Of a stretch of DNA of 64,000 nucleotides, positions 1-10,453 are shown piece after piece. The stretch lies in the IMG/VR virus record IMGVR_UViG_3300037882_001770, positions 186,001-250,000 of that record. One strand, given 5' to 3'. The notes beneath the pieces were generated by a model. The model had not been told where the DNA came from and made no database searches. It saw only the letters and a program-made list of their open reading frames with translations. Each line of letters opens with the position of its first letter. Position 1 is the stretch's first letter. The position numbers and the translations under genes were made by a program.

Positions 1-206
1 GCATACAAACTTATAATGATAGCGATGCCACCCATGATGAACCCAATGAATGCATAGGTAACTTCCAATGTCATCATGCTAGTAATCCCACTACTACGCC
101 GGCTACAAATGCTATCAAGGCAGCCTTGGCCAAATCTATATCGGTCCAGATTGGATGATTATGTCCATATTCAGCAATGCTTTTAGGCAAATTCCCAGGC
201 TTAAAT

Positions 207-395
207 TTATTCATTATTCTTTCCGTCTCTTAAAAATTTTTCTAGTGGATCTACTTTGACCAGCATAGCACGACCGTTGACATTTTTAACTTGGAAGTAG
301 TCGCCGCCCTTCCACCCTAACTTGTCTATATCAAGTTCAGAATCTAATAGAATTCTATTAGGTTCTAAATCCCAGGTATAATCGCAATATAACAT
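207..395 (-). CDS. hypothetical phage protein
   Basis: 62-aa ORF, TAATG-coupled to the upstream ORF in a minus-strand run. Confidence 0.7.
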   Translation of the reverse strand: MLYCDYTWDLEPNRILLDSELDIDKLGWKGGDYFQVKNVNGRAMLVKVDPLEKFLRDGKNNE

Positions 396-655
396 TACTT
401 GGCCTTGTTTATATCACTTAATTGATCAGCACAAGCACGAATGTCTTTGCTTAGTGCGCCTACTCCAATTTTTTGTTCAACTTCTCTAGCAATATCGTGT
501 AAATGTATTACCAAGTATTCGATATCAAAATTCATTATATTTGCTCCTTCTTTGAGAAACTTTTTGAGTTTTCTAGTTCTTATTTCTTCTTCACAGATGG
601 CCATATTTCTTATAATTTGCTCTCGGCGATTTGTTACGTTTTCCCAAGTGGACAT
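395..655 (-). CDS. hypothetical phage protein
   Basis: 86-aa ORF, overlapping stop/start with neighbours. Confidence 0.7.
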   Translation of the reverse strand: MSTWENVTNRREQIIRNMAICEEEIRTRKLKKFLKEGANIMNFDIEYLVIHLHDIAREVEQKIGVGALSKDIRACADQLSDINKAK

Positions 656-936
656 TAATCTCTCCTTGCATCGTTTTTGCCGTCGGCACGAGCAATACGG
701 TCAGTATCGGGCTTTAATCCTAGTGCGTTGCTTACAATTGTATCAATACGGATGACATCGTGATTCATTGTTTTAACACGATTGTCCAAGGCTGTGATAA
801 TTCCGGCCATGCCTTTGATGGCCGACAACACGCCAGCCAATAACAGTTTGATAGTTAGATATACAAAATAGCCACCAGCTAGTGCCGTAGCAATTGGAAA
901 ACCCAGATCCCCAATAATTTTGAAGATTTCATTCAT
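655..936 (-). CDS. small membrane protein, YvrJ-like
   Basis: N-terminal LGFPIA..GYFVY transmembrane segment followed by a coiled coil; AAGGAG RBS and TAAATA late promoter upstream. Confidence 0.6.
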   Translation of the reverse strand: MNEIFKIIGDLGFPIATALAGGYFVYLTIKLLLAGVLSAIKGMAGIITALDNRVKTMNHDVIRIDTIVSNALGLKPDTDRIARADGKNDARRD

Positions 937-1024
937 ACTCAGCTCCTTTTGTTAGAGTCTTTTTGTTGTATGAATATTTATTGAAAAATTAGATTTACAT
1001 CAACTCCGGAATTAACAGGGTATA

Positions 1025-2335
1025 TTATAGATCAACACCGATGTGTTTATACAAGCGGGCTAATTCTTCTGGAGTTCTAACAGAAGTAACTATGGAATCC
1101 ATAGTGGTTTTAAATTCTGGATTTTGTTGTTTTTCTTTGGTGATTTGTTGCAGATATTTTGCAGTTTTGTTTTGATTCATAATTGACATGGCCTGCTGTA
1201 AATTTTGTCTATATTCGTTCACAATACTATTGTGCCAGCGGTCTGAAAAAAACAATTCTTTATTATATTCGGTAATAATTCTAGCCTGAGACATTTTGTT
1301 ATCACGTTGTTCTGGAGTCCAATTTGAAATGTATTTCATAAGCTCAGCAATCTGTAACAACCGTTCAGCTGGATCTTCTACTAGATCATAACTTTCGTCC
1401 CAGATATCACCAAATGTTTTAAATCCGTAGTTACGTAAGTATTCTAAACTACCGTGTGTGCCAGCCAGTATAAAAGGTTGAGCACACGCAATAGGCCTTA
1501 GTGTTTTTTCAGTCAAATGCAATCGACTGTCATCGAATAGTGTTTCAAGCACTACTTCAATGTCGGTAGATTCATAATCTTTAAGATCAAAATCTGCACT
1601 ATAATTGCTGGATGCAAGACTTGGCGGAAAGAAATTTTCTAAAACAGTTTGAGGTCTCCATTGAGTATTTTTAAAGATGTGCAAATCGTAGTGTAGGCCT
1701 AACTCGGGTTCAACGGGATTAACACTGGTTTTACAGTGTTCTTGTAAATTTAGATGTATTAATAATTCAGCAAAACGTAACCGGTATTCTCTTGTGCCAG
1801 ACCAAGCTCTATTGTAAATCAAAAAAGTTTTTTGGACCTGTTTTTTTTGGGCAACCTGTTTGGCATATCTAAACCAGTCCCTGGCAATAACCGCATGGCT
1901 CCACCAATACACACCCAAAAATCCGTTTTGCTCATAGTACTCAAGTTGTTTGCTGTTTTTTTCAGAATGACACAGCAACACCAAATCATAGCAGTGTAGT
2001 GGATAGCGTAGTATTGATCTAAGGTGCATTCCAGAAAACATTTTAGCAATAGAGTCGGACTTGTCGACCCAGGCCCCTAACCGTTGAGTTACATGATTTA
2101 ACGCCAAGCCTGAGATATTATAGGCTTCAAAATCCAGTGGCTCCTGATCGTGGCAAATCATGTTTGGCAAGATCATGTTGTCTATCCACGATTGTGATTG
2201 AGTTTTTAATGGCAATATGTCTTCTATTTTTTTTGAGCCATGGGGGTAAAAGCGATAAATTACTAAGTCTCCATCACAAATGTCAGTTGAAACGTTATCA
2301 ATATGATGATATAATCGATCTAAAGGAATGCTCAT
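1025..2335 (-). CDS. glycosyltransferase-like protein (GT10/GT-B-like)
   Basis: VVLETLF...LTEKTLRPI...PFILAG...LRNYGFKTF..WDESYD resembles the GT10 nucleotide-sugar-binding motif. Confidence 0.6.
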   Translation of the reverse strand: MSIPLDRLYHHIDNVSTDICDGDLVIYRFYPHGSKKIEDILPLKTQSQSWIDNMILPNMICHDQEPLDFEAYNISGLALNHVTQRLGAWVDKSDSIAKMFSGMHLRSILRYPLHCYDLVLLCHSEKNSKQLEYYEQNGFLGVYWWSHAVIARDWFRYAKQVAQKKQVQKTFLIYNRAWSGTREYRLRFAELLIHLNLQEHCKTSVNPVEPELGLHYDLHIFKNTQWRPQTVLENFFPPSLASSNYSADFDLKDYESTDIEVVLETLFDDSRLHLTEKTLRPIACAQPFILAGTHGSLEYLRNYGFKTFGDIWDESYDLVEDPAERLLQIAELMKYISNWTPEQRDNKMSQARIITEYNKELFFSDRWHNSIVNEYRQNLQQAMSIMNQNKTAKYLQQITKEKQQNPEFKTTMDSIVTSVRTPEELARLYKHIGVDL

Positions 2336-2338
2336 AGT

Positions 2339-3586
2339 ATGAAAAAAATAGGATTTATTGGGTTGGGTAAACTTGGCCTAGACTGCGCCGAAGTGTTTGC
2401 CGAACATTATGAAGTGCGCGGCTTTGATATTTACCCAAGAACCAGTGACCTGGTAAAAGTTTGTAGCATAGAAGAAACTGTCAATGAAAGTGAATGGATT
2501 TTTTTAGCAGTACCAACTCCTCACTGTGAAGGATACGATGGATCAGTTCCTAGCAGCCATATGGAACCCAAAGACTTTGGACGCGAAGCAGTATTAGCCG
2601 CAATTGACAGTATAAACAAACATGCAACCTCAAGCAAAAAAGTAGTGCTAATCAGCACAGTGTTGCCAGGTACTACTAGACATTATTTTGCTGGACGTCT
2701 TGATTCTGTACACAATTTTTTGTACAATCCTTACTTGATTGCTATGGGCAGTGTAAAGTGGGACATGGTCAATCCAGAAATGATCATGATCGGCACCGAA
2801 GATGGCAATCCCAATGCGCTTGCACAAGAGTTAATCGATCTATATACACCAATGATGAAAAATAGTCCAAGGTATGAAGTTGGTACTTGGGACGAGTGTG
2901 AAGCAATTAAAATTTTCTATAACACATTTATCAGTGCCAAAGTTGGTCTGGCCAATATGATTCAAGATTTTGCTATGAAGATTGGTAATATCAATGTGGA
3001 TGTGGTCACGGATGCATTGGCTCGTAGCACAATGCGTATTATGGGTCCCAAGTATATGACAGCTGGCATGGGCGATGCAGGTGCTTGCCATCCTAGAGAT
3101 AATATTGCTCTACGTTGGCTGGCACAAGAATATGACTTAGGGTACGACATGTTTGATACAATCATGCATGCTCGAGAAATTCAAGCACGTAATCTAGCTG
3201 AGTTTTTAGTAATACAAGCACAAAAAAATAACTTGCCAATAGTAATTCATGGCAAGGCTTATAAACCAGACGTGCCGTATTGTATTGGTAGTTATAGCAC
3301 CCTAATTGGACATTATGTTGAACAGGCAGGACACCGGGTGTCCTATGTTGATCCATTGGCCGACGACCAAACAAATGTAGTATCAAGTCTTGACACCCCG
3401 GCGGTAGTGTTGTTGGCACATAACCGACATGTAACCTATGGATATACTGGACAACCTCAACAAGACATTTTTTATTACGATATTAAGTCTGGCAGCGTTA
3501 TTGTTGATCCGTGGCGCTCAATTTCACAAGACACGAAAGGCATGACTGTTATACACTATGGAAACACACGTAATAACCAAATATAA
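2339..3586 (+). CDS. ugd: UDP-glucose/GDP-mannose dehydrogenase family protein
   Basis: Rossmann GLGKLG, AVPTP, STVLPGTT, catalytic Lys in EAIKIFYN, catalytic Cys in GACHPRD, AYKPD. Confidence 0.9.
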   Translation: MKKIGFIGLGKLGLDCAEVFAEHYEVRGFDIYPRTSDLVKVCSIEETVNESEWIFLAVPTPHCEGYDGSVPSSHMEPKDFGREAVLAAIDSINKHATSSKKVVLISTVLPGTTRHYFAGRLDSVHNFLYNPYLIAMGSVKWDMVNPEMIMIGTEDGNPNALAQELIDLYTPMMKNSPRYEVGTWDECEAIKIFYNTFISAKVGLANMIQDFAMKIGNINVDVVTDALARSTMRIMGPKYMTAGMGDAGACHPRDNIALRWLAQEYDLGYDMFDTIMHAREIQARNLAEFLVIQAQKNNLPIVIHGKAYKPDVPYCIGSYSTLIGHYVEQAGHRVSYVDPLADDQTNVVSSLDTPAVVLLAHNRHVTYGYTGQPQQDIFYYDIKSGSVIVDPWRSISQDTKGMTVIHYGNTRNNQI

Positions 3587-4076
3587 TCTAGTAAAATTCT
3601 GGGACGATGAATACAAACACCTGGAGTACATCAATGAGCCGTTTAACGATCCGGTAAATCTAGCCTTGTGGACCGGCCAGGGATACACTACACAGTTCAC
3701 CGGCGACATGTGTGACATGCGTAGCCAACAGCCTAGATGGAATGAGCAATTTATATCTATTTTTTCAGCTCTTGGCTGGCAAAATATTGGAACCAGTTAC
3801 TATCGAATGGGCACTGGTACGGTGTTGCCTGTACACGGTGATCTATACACAAAGTACATTGAACTGTATAACCTTCAAGGTCAAGAGAACCGTATACGCA
3901 GAGCCGTGGTATTCTTAGAAGATTGGGCCAGCGGCCATTACTTCGAAGGCATGGGGCAAGCTATGACAAATTGGAAAGCTGGCACTGTGATCGAATGGAC
4001 TTACGATACTCCTCACATGGCAGCCAACATAGGACTTACTCCTAGATATACCTTACAAATTACAGGGCATGTATGA
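3558..4076 (+). CDS. 2OG-Fe(II) oxygenase/cupin-like protein
   Basis: LPVHGD (HxD) ... PHMAANIG..PRYTLQITG double-stranded beta-helix signature. Confidence 0.75.
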   Translation: METHVITKYNLVKFWDDEYKHLEYINEPFNDPVNLALWTGQGYTTQFTGDMCDMRSQQPRWNEQFISIFSALGWQNIGTSYYRMGTGTVLPVHGDLYTKYIELYNLQGQENRIRRAVVFLEDWASGHYFEGMGQAMTNWKAGTVIEWTYDTPHMAANIGLTPRYTLQITGHV

Positions 4077-4996
4077 TATATTCTGTCAATGAGTGGGACC
4101 CATTGGAAAAAATCATAGTAGGCACTGCTAGTCATGCCAACTGGCCCATGACTGACCCAGTTTTTGCCGAAGAAGCAAAGAATTCGTTGTGGAAAGAAAC
4201 ACCAGCACCCAGCGGTCCTGTGCCACAGTTTATCATTGATGAAGCCAATAGAGAACTAGATATTTTGTCAGAGACCCTGTTGCGGTATGGTGCAATAGTG
4301 TATAGGCCTCGCCCCATGGACTTTGTTGAGAACAAAGGCATGTACAATTATTGCCCTAGAGATCGATTATTGGTCGCCGGAGACACCTTGATTGATTGTA
4401 ATATGATGTATCCTTGCCGTAATCAAGAAATCAAAAACTATACTAAATTAATAAGCGAAGCGCGAAACGTATTGACCATGCCAAGAGATCAAGGCATGAT
4501 TTTAGATGCTGCTAATATTTGTCGATTGGGCGACACTTGGTTGTTTTTAGAAAGTGCCAGTGGCAATCGTGCTGCATATGAATGGTTGTGTCATAAGTTT
4601 CCCAACATCACAATTGAACTATGCAATTTTTATGCAGGCGTACATATTGATTCAACTATTACTCCGCTACGTGAAGGCTTGGTAATGCTTAATGCCAGTC
4701 GTGTAACTGAAGAAAACTGTCCCAAGGTATTGCAAGATTGGGAAAAGATCTGGGTAACCGAAGACATGATTGTGGCACAAAACTTTTATCAGTATCCGTA
4801 TGCAAGCAAGTGGATTGCTATGAATCTATTGGTGCTGGACCCAGAAACTGTTATAATTGATGCTGCCCAAACCAAGTTAATTGCTATATTAAAGTCTAAA
4901 GGGATTGATAGTATCCCGTTGACCTTGAGCCACAGCCGCACTTTGGGTGGTGGCTTTCATTGTGTTACTTTAGACACACGGAGAAAACATGCTTGA
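4073..4996 (+). CDS. amidinotransferase (glycine/inosamine-phosphate amidinotransferase family)
   Basis: NEWDPLE.IIVG, CPRD, LDAAN, HIDST, GGGFHCVT (Cys-His-Asp triad). Confidence 0.9.
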   Translation: MIYSVNEWDPLEKIIVGTASHANWPMTDPVFAEEAKNSLWKETPAPSGPVPQFIIDEANRELDILSETLLRYGAIVYRPRPMDFVENKGMYNYCPRDRLLVAGDTLIDCNMMYPCRNQEIKNYTKLISEARNVLTMPRDQGMILDAANICRLGDTWLFLESASGNRAAYEWLCHKFPNITIELCNFYAGVHIDSTITPLREGLVMLNASRVTEENCPKVLQDWEKIWVTEDMIVAQNFYQYPYASKWIAMNLLVLDPETVIIDAAQTKLIAILKSKGIDSIPLTLSHSRTLGGGFHCVTLDTRRKHA

Positions 4997-6266
4997 TACA
5001 AATGCTGTACAACAGCTAATTGAACAACAGATAAACAAAACAGTCAACGAGCAAATCAAGGAAGTGCTGGCAGCCAAAGACTGGATGGAGTCACTCGAAA
5101 ACAAAATTATTAATTATACCAAGGATCGTATTGTAAGCAAATTTGCAAACTCGTCGGCCTTGCCTGAAATTGTTGAAGCAGTTAAAAGCAGTGTGAGTGA
5201 GTTGTTTGCATCGGGCCAAATTCCGGGTATCGAACAATATGTAAATGACACTCAAATTCAATATTCAATTGACCAAGCAGTTGAGCAGTTGATACAAGGT
5301 GCAATTGAGCAGTTAGGACGTGATCCAATCTGGTTGGCAAGAATTGAACACCTGATTAACCAAGCAGTGGTTCAACGAACTGTTGCTGGGCTAGGAGCAA
5401 TTGATATTACCAGTGTTATTCATCAACGTATTGACGAAAATATAAAAAACGCCCGATATAATTTATTGACTAATTTTTCTAGTCTAGGTATTAATGATCA
5501 AGCCACCAGTTGTCAGTTTACTGTAATGGATGACACTACAGTGGTTGAAAATAAACTAACAGCTAGAGAATTAGATGTAGTAGGGTCTGCCCGGATTAAA
5601 GATCTAGCAATCACAGGCTCGATTAACACTGATAACCGAGCCTGGACAGATCTAGCCGATGTTATTTCAGTCAAAACATTGGATAAAATTAATACCGAGT
5701 GGCAAAACTCTCTAGTTGCACAAGTGGTTGAACAAATTGAAATTAATGGAGTCTCGTTTGACCAAGTCAGAGTTGGCGACACCTTATTAGTTGACGGCAA
5801 CATATTATCTTCGAAGATCACCGAATCAGCTATACAAGCACTTGGCACTTTACGCACCTTATCAGTCAAGGGCGAAACACACCTCAATGAAACTGTTAGT
5901 GTGTTGCGTGGACGATTGGGTATCAACACTCAAGAACCAGAATCTGCACTCAGTATCTGGGACGAAGAAGTTTCATTGGTCTTGGGCAAGCACAAGTTAA
6001 AACAGGCTTATATTGGTACTAATAGAGATCAAGGCCTAGTTCTTGGAGTTAATAGATTGGCACAATTAGAAATTAGCACTGATGGACTAACTACAATTAA
6101 AAAGTTGCGAGTAGGACTGCATAAGATAGGGCATGACACACAAGTTCCAGGGTATGTGGGCACACGCGGCGACATTGTGTTTAATTCCAATCCTGGCCCA
6201 GATCGAGTATTTGCTTGGATATGCTTGGGCTCATACAACTGGCAAGTATTAAAGAGCGCAGAATGA
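4989..6266 (+). CDS. putative virion/tail-associated protein
   Basis: helical N-half; GRLGINTQEP and GTRGDIVFNSNP..AWIC motifs of the type seen in fibre/spike proteins. Confidence 0.5.
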   Translation: MLDTNAVQQLIEQQINKTVNEQIKEVLAAKDWMESLENKIINYTKDRIVSKFANSSALPEIVEAVKSSVSELFASGQIPGIEQYVNDTQIQYSIDQAVEQLIQGAIEQLGRDPIWLARIEHLINQAVVQRTVAGLGAIDITSVIHQRIDENIKNARYNLLTNFSSLGINDQATSCQFTVMDDTTVVENKLTARELDVVGSARIKDLAITGSINTDNRAWTDLADVISVKTLDKINTEWQNSLVAQVVEQIEINGVSFDQVRVGDTLLVDGNILSSKITESAIQALGTLRTLSVKGETHLNETVSVLRGRLGINTQEPESALSIWDEEVSLVLGKHKLKQAYIGTNRDQGLVLGVNRLAQLEISTDGLTTIKKLRVGLHKIGHDTQVPGYVGTRGDIVFNSNPGPDRVFAWICLGSYNWQVLKSAE

Positions 6267-6820
6267 ACATCAACTGGGTATTAGCAAATCAAGTAGTGGT
6301 TGACCCACTATACAATATTGATGAGATGAAAAGCATTGGTAGTTTTTGGGGCGGCTGGCAGACCTGGAGATCATGTCAAACCGACAATGTGATTTGCCAT
6401 GATTTACAAAAAGCACAAGACCTGGTCAAAAGAAATTTTCATACCCTGTGTAATCTCCACGTGCCTTCGTCGTCGTTTGTTGCATTGGATCGGCCTGACA
6501 GAGTACGTTTATATGAAGGTGAATTCAAACACGAAGTTTACAACAAAGAAGAATTAGTGGCCATGCATTTGGCTGCAACCACCAGCGATATAATTTTGCT
6601 ATTGGGATTCAATTGGGAAACTCCCAAAGATACCGGCGATCGACTACAAAATCATTATGACCACAACTATTTTGGGCTAACAAAAGAAGTCATAAAAAAT
6701 CACCCACTGGTACAGTGGGTGTTGGTTGATCACATCGCCGACGTAACTGTTGATTTTAAAACTTTGCCCAATTTAACTCGTGAAAGTTTAACTGGTGTTT
6801 TGAGTTTGTTAAAATCTTAA
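6263..6820 (+). CDS. hypothetical protein (possibly degenerate glycosyltransferase/Maf-like)
   Basis: ATGA-coupled start at 6263; VICHD and A...IILLLGF motifs. Confidence 0.55.
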   Translation: MNINWVLANQVVVDPLYNIDEMKSIGSFWGGWQTWRSCQTDNVICHDLQKAQDLVKRNFHTLCNLHVPSSSFVALDRPDRVRLYEGEFKHEVYNKEELVAMHLAATTSDIILLLGFNWETPKDTGDRLQNHYDHNYFGLTKEVIKNHPLVQWVLVDHIADVTVDFKTLPNLTRESLTGVLSLLKS

Positions 6821-6821
6821 A

Positions 6822-7094
6822 TTATTCTGGCGCTGGTTCACCGGCCACTACATTTTCAATAAGCACAGCAGATGGTGGCGTAGCAAGTGCATAAATCCAG
6901 GCTTCCCAAGCTTCAGCATTGGGCACGCTGTCGTACCAGTTGCGATAAATTATCACGTCGTCGCCGACAAATTCGCGGTATGGAACACCGTCGGTTTTGC
7001 CTTCGGCTGTAAGTATATCGATTTGAGCCTTGCATTCGGCTTGCACTGCCTCATAAGCTGTAAGAGTCCAAGTAGTTTTGGTTCTAATAGTCAT
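6822..7094 (-). CDS. hypothetical protein
   Basis: AGGAAGG RBS and TATAAATA late promoter at about 7121-7128 on the minus strand. Confidence 0.65.
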   Translation of the reverse strand: MTIRTKTTWTLTAYEAVQAECKAQIDILTAEGKTDGVPYREFVGDDVIIYRNWYDSVPNAEAWEAWIYALATPPSAVLIENVVAGEPAPE

Positions 7095-7179
7095 TGTAAA
7101 TCCTTCCTGATTTGATAACATTATTTATACCTAGTTTAGAATAGTTGACAATATAAGGACTTGGTTGTATAATACTTGT

Positions 7180-8214
7180 ATGAATACACTCAAACGCATA
7201 GGTTTTTGTTGCAAATGGCTAAATGATCCGTCTGAATGTGGCGGCATGAAGGTCAATGCCAAAGACCGTGATCTAAACGGGCGTAGCACTACCATGCGTT
7301 GGTTGCGTGAGCACCCAGCTGAAGCCGAACAACGCCAATGGGACATCATGAATCATAATACTAGTGCAGCGGTCAAGCTGATTGAGCGGGTGGCTACCCT
7401 GCCAGCTAATCGCAGAATGGTACGCTTGGGTAGTGAGATGTTGCAGGGTTATACCGAAAAAGACTGGATTGTGTGGTGGCAACAGAAGGATGTACAGGCA
7501 CATTTGGAACGTATATTTGCACCCATAGGCGAAACAGCACGTAGACTAGATGTGCGACTCAGTTTTCATCCAGGGCAATTTTGTGTGCTGGCATCAGAGA
7601 ATCCCGGCATTGTTGAACGATCAATACAGGAGTTTGAATATCATGCGGATATGGCCAGATGGATGGGCTATGGCAAATCCTTTCAGGATTTTAAAATCAA
7701 CGTACACATCTCGGGTAAACAAGGTCCCGAAGGCCTCCGACGCACCTACGGTAAACTCTCACCCGAAGCCCGCAGTTGTATTACAATTGAAAACGAAGAA
7801 AATTCATGGGGATTAGATGATTGCCTTACCATTAGCGATATTGTTCCTATTGTGCTTGACGTACACCATTATTGGATACGCGAAGGGGCATACATTGATG
7901 CCGCTAGTGATCGCGTTAAACGAGTGGTGGATAGTTGGCGTGGTGTACGTCCTGCTATGCACTACAGCGTATCTCGCGAAGATATTCTAATAGGACATGA
8001 CAGTCAAGTAGCTCCTGAATATGCTACCTTGCTAGAGGCCGGTCACAAAAAACAAAAGTTACGGGCACACTCAGACTTTTATTGGAACCAAGCCACTACA
8101 GATTGGGCCTTGACGTTCTGGGAACAGTTTGACATACAGTGCGAATCAAAGGGCAAGAACTTAGCTAGCGAGCAAGTGTACAATCGTGCTGTAGAATTGG
8201 GATTAGTAACATAG
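7180..8214 (+). CDS. uvsE: UV-damage endonuclease UvsE/UVDE
   Basis: RIGFCC, RLGSE, RLSFHPGQF.VL.S, NVH, IENEE, LDVHH, HYS, RAHSD, ESKGK; sigma70 promoter TTGACA 7145 / TATAAT 7168. Confidence 0.92.
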   Translation: MNTLKRIGFCCKWLNDPSECGGMKVNAKDRDLNGRSTTMRWLREHPAEAEQRQWDIMNHNTSAAVKLIERVATLPANRRMVRLGSEMLQGYTEKDWIVWWQQKDVQAHLERIFAPIGETARRLDVRLSFHPGQFCVLASENPGIVERSIQEFEYHADMARWMGYGKSFQDFKINVHISGKQGPEGLRRTYGKLSPEARSCITIENEENSWGLDDCLTISDIVPIVLDVHHYWIREGAYIDAASDRVKRVVDSWRGVRPAMHYSVSREDILIGHDSQVAPEYATLLEAGHKKQKLRAHSDFYWNQATTDWALTFWEQFDIQCESKGKNLASEQVYNRAVELGLVT

Positions 8215-8255
8215 AAAAAGTAGATTATCAAGATCCGCACCCTGCATGGACGGAA

Positions 8256-8438
8256 GTGATTATACTGTGGGAAGATATATTAGATGGTCCCAAATATCCT
8301 ATCAGAGACATTTTAAATTGGATAGACTTTGCTCCCGGAAGCAGATATCATCTACATGGATATCAAAATGACCAAGGATTTGTTTTTAGATTCCAAGACC
8401 CTCAAGATGCAACATATTTTAGATTAAGGTGGATGTAA
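8256..8438 (+). CDS. small protein, F-x-F-xxx-D-A-xx-F-x-L-x-W family
   Basis: C-terminus FRFQDPQDATYFRLRW shared with other ORFs in the window. Confidence 0.65.
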   Translation: MIILWEDILDGPKYPIRDILNWIDFAPGSRYHLHGYQNDQGFVFRFQDPQDATYFRLRWM

Positions 8439-8740
8439 TGAATTTTATTTTTGTAGCAAAAGAAAATGTCTGGGCCTATGTGCAACACGACTGGACCAGC
8501 AATCGTGTGCGTTTCTGTGCCGAAGTCATGGCCTGGGCATGCAGTGTGGTAAGTGCCATTATGTTTGCAGCCACCGTGCCCAACATTCCGGTTGTGCCGC
8601 TGTACAGTATCTTTATCACAGGATGCGTGTGCAGTGCCTATGCTTGCTATAACCGCAGAAGTTTTGGCCTGCTGGCCAATTCGGTATTTCTGATTATAAT
8701 TGATGGTATTGGCTTGATCCGATACTTTGTTGTTACTTAG
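8438..8740 (+). CDS. small membrane protein
   Basis: three hydrophobic segments; TAATG coupling. Confidence 0.7.
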   Translation: MNFIFVAKENVWAYVQHDWTSNRVRFCAEVMAWACSVVSAIMFAATVPNIPVVPLYSIFITGCVCSAYACYNRRSFGLLANSVFLIIIDGIGLIRYFVVT

Positions 8741-8934
8741 GCCTTAGGAGCCGATGGCTTGCGTGGTTTGCGGGCACTGGGTTTCTTAGCAACTGGCTTT
8801 TTTTTGGATTCAGAGGTGTTGGCTGTAGGGAACGGAAATTCAGCAACTTTGGACTCCGGTTTTTCTACCTTGTAGGGCGCAGGTACAGGTTCGGTTGGGG
8901 TAGCATTAAAAATCTTCTTCAAAAATGATAGCAT
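8737..8934 (-). CDS. basic Lys/Pro-rich small protein
   Basis: TAAGGAG RBS and TAAATA promoter upstream on the minus strand. Confidence 0.7.
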   Translation of the reverse strand: MLSFLKKIFNATPTEPVPAPYKVEKPESKVAEFPFPTANTSESKKKPVAKKPSARKPRKPSAPKA

Positions 8935-9071
8935 GTTAAATCTCCTTATTGAGTATTTAGTTTGAGTCGATTGAGGTTGCTATTTGTGCAGATGCAGTAT
9001 ATAATGGTAAATACTATTAGTAGAAACCATGAGTTTTTACTATCTTAAAATTTACTCAAAAGGAAAATATC

Positions 9072-9200
9072 ATGAAAATCGTAAAATCAATTTTATCCGC
9101 AGTTTGGACATTCTTATGTGCTTGTGGGCAGGCTAGGTATGCCGCAGAACTGGCACGCAATGGTAAATGGGCCGAAGCACAGGCTGTCTACAAAAACTAA
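9072..9200 (+). CDS. 42-aa hypothetical protein (not in ORF track)
   Basis: AAGGA RBS; MKIVKSILSAVWTFLCACGQARYAAELARNGKWAEAQAVYKN; TAATG-coupled to GNAT gene. Confidence 0.65.
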   Translation: MKIVKSILSAVWTFLCACGQARYAAELARNGKWAEAQAVYKN

Positions 9201-9745
9201 TGATCTCCACAATGTTTCTTCCCCGGGGAGAATACAGCATGTACGGGGATTGGCTGTCACGCCAAGACCCCGAAACCCTAAAAACCTATTTTGGAGTCAC
9301 AACAACACCAGGATTTATTAAATCCTTGGTGGATCGCATTGCTTTTAATCCCGGCAAACACGAATTTTTAATTGCACTAAATGATTGTCGTTGGGTGGGC
9401 ACCCTGCATATGGCTCTGCACTTGAACACAACCATTGAGTTTGGATTGATTGTTGATCAGAGACATCGCGGACAAGGTATTGCAGATCGTCTCATGGATG
9501 AAGCAGTGACCTGGGCACAAAATCGTAGGTACAAACGATTGTATCTACACTGTTTGAGTTGGAATCAGCCGATCAAACACCTGTGCAAAAAATATGGTCT
9601 AGAAATACGTAACCGAGACGGGTCAGGTGAAGTTGATGTAGAATTACCACCGCCTAGCATGATTAGTGTAGGCAAAGAGTTTGCCACCATGAATCGCAAC
9701 ATTTTTACCAAACTATTAGAAACAAGCTGGGATACTGCTAAGTAA
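9200..9745 (+). CDS. GNAT family acetyltransferase
   Basis: EFGLIVDQRHRGQGIADRLM acetyl-CoA motif; N.PIKHLCKKYG. Confidence 0.85.
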   Translation: MISTMFLPRGEYSMYGDWLSRQDPETLKTYFGVTTTPGFIKSLVDRIAFNPGKHEFLIALNDCRWVGTLHMALHLNTTIEFGLIVDQRHRGQGIADRLMDEAVTWAQNRRYKRLYLHCLSWNQPIKHLCKKYGLEIRNRDGSGEVDVELPPPSMISVGKEFATMNRNIFTKLLETSWDTAK

Positions 9746-9748
9746 AGT

Positions 9749-10453
9749 ATGACTGAATTAATCTATACCTTGGTAATGGTTCAAATTACCATAGCATGTG
9801 TTACTTTGTATTTGCATCGTGGTCAAGCGCATCGTGGTGTGACTTTTCATCCTGTGATAGAACATGCTATGCGTTTTTGGCTATGGCTAACCACAGGCAT
9901 GGTTACACGTCAGTGGGTAGCTATACACAGAAAACATCATCAACGTAGCGATCAAGCAGGCGATCCTCACAGCCCGCAGGTCCACGGGATTTGGCGTGTG
10001 CTGTTTGGTGGTGCATTTTTGTATCATGCAGCCAGCAAAGACACAGAAATGGTTGCCCGGCTAAGTCACGGAACCCCGGATGACTGGGTTGAGCGGAACG
10101 TATATGCAGCGCACAGCAGACTGGGTATAATGATCATGCTGTCCATAGATCTTGTGGCGTTTGGCTGGTGGGGGTTCTTGGTTTGGGGCATACAAATGAT
10201 CTGGGTACCTGTTTGGGCAGCCGGAGTCATTAACGGCCTGGCACACTGGTGGGGCTACCGCAACACCAAAACCGCAGATACCAGCACAAATTTGTGGCCC
10301 ATTGCAATTTGGATTGGCGGCGAAGAATTGCACAATAACCACCACGCAGATGGTGCCAACGCAAAATTCAGTCAACGTTGGTGGGAATTTGATATTGGGT
10401 GGTTTTACATAACCGTACTTAAAACTTTTAATTTGGCAAAATTGAGAGTATAA
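9749..10453 (+). CDS. fatty-acid (delta-9 acyl) desaturase
   Basis: His boxes HRGQAH, HRKHH, HNNHH; GDPHSP; WWEFDIGW. Confidence 0.93.
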   Translation: MTELIYTLVMVQITIACVTLYLHRGQAHRGVTFHPVIEHAMRFWLWLTTGMVTRQWVAIHRKHHQRSDQAGDPHSPQVHGIWRVLFGGAFLYHAASKDTEMVARLSHGTPDDWVERNVYAAHSRLGIMIMLSIDLVAFGWWGFLVWGIQMIWVPVWAAGVINGLAHWWGYRNTKTADTSTNLWPIAIWIGGEELHNNHHADGANAKFSQRWWEFDIGWFYITVLKTFNLAKLRV

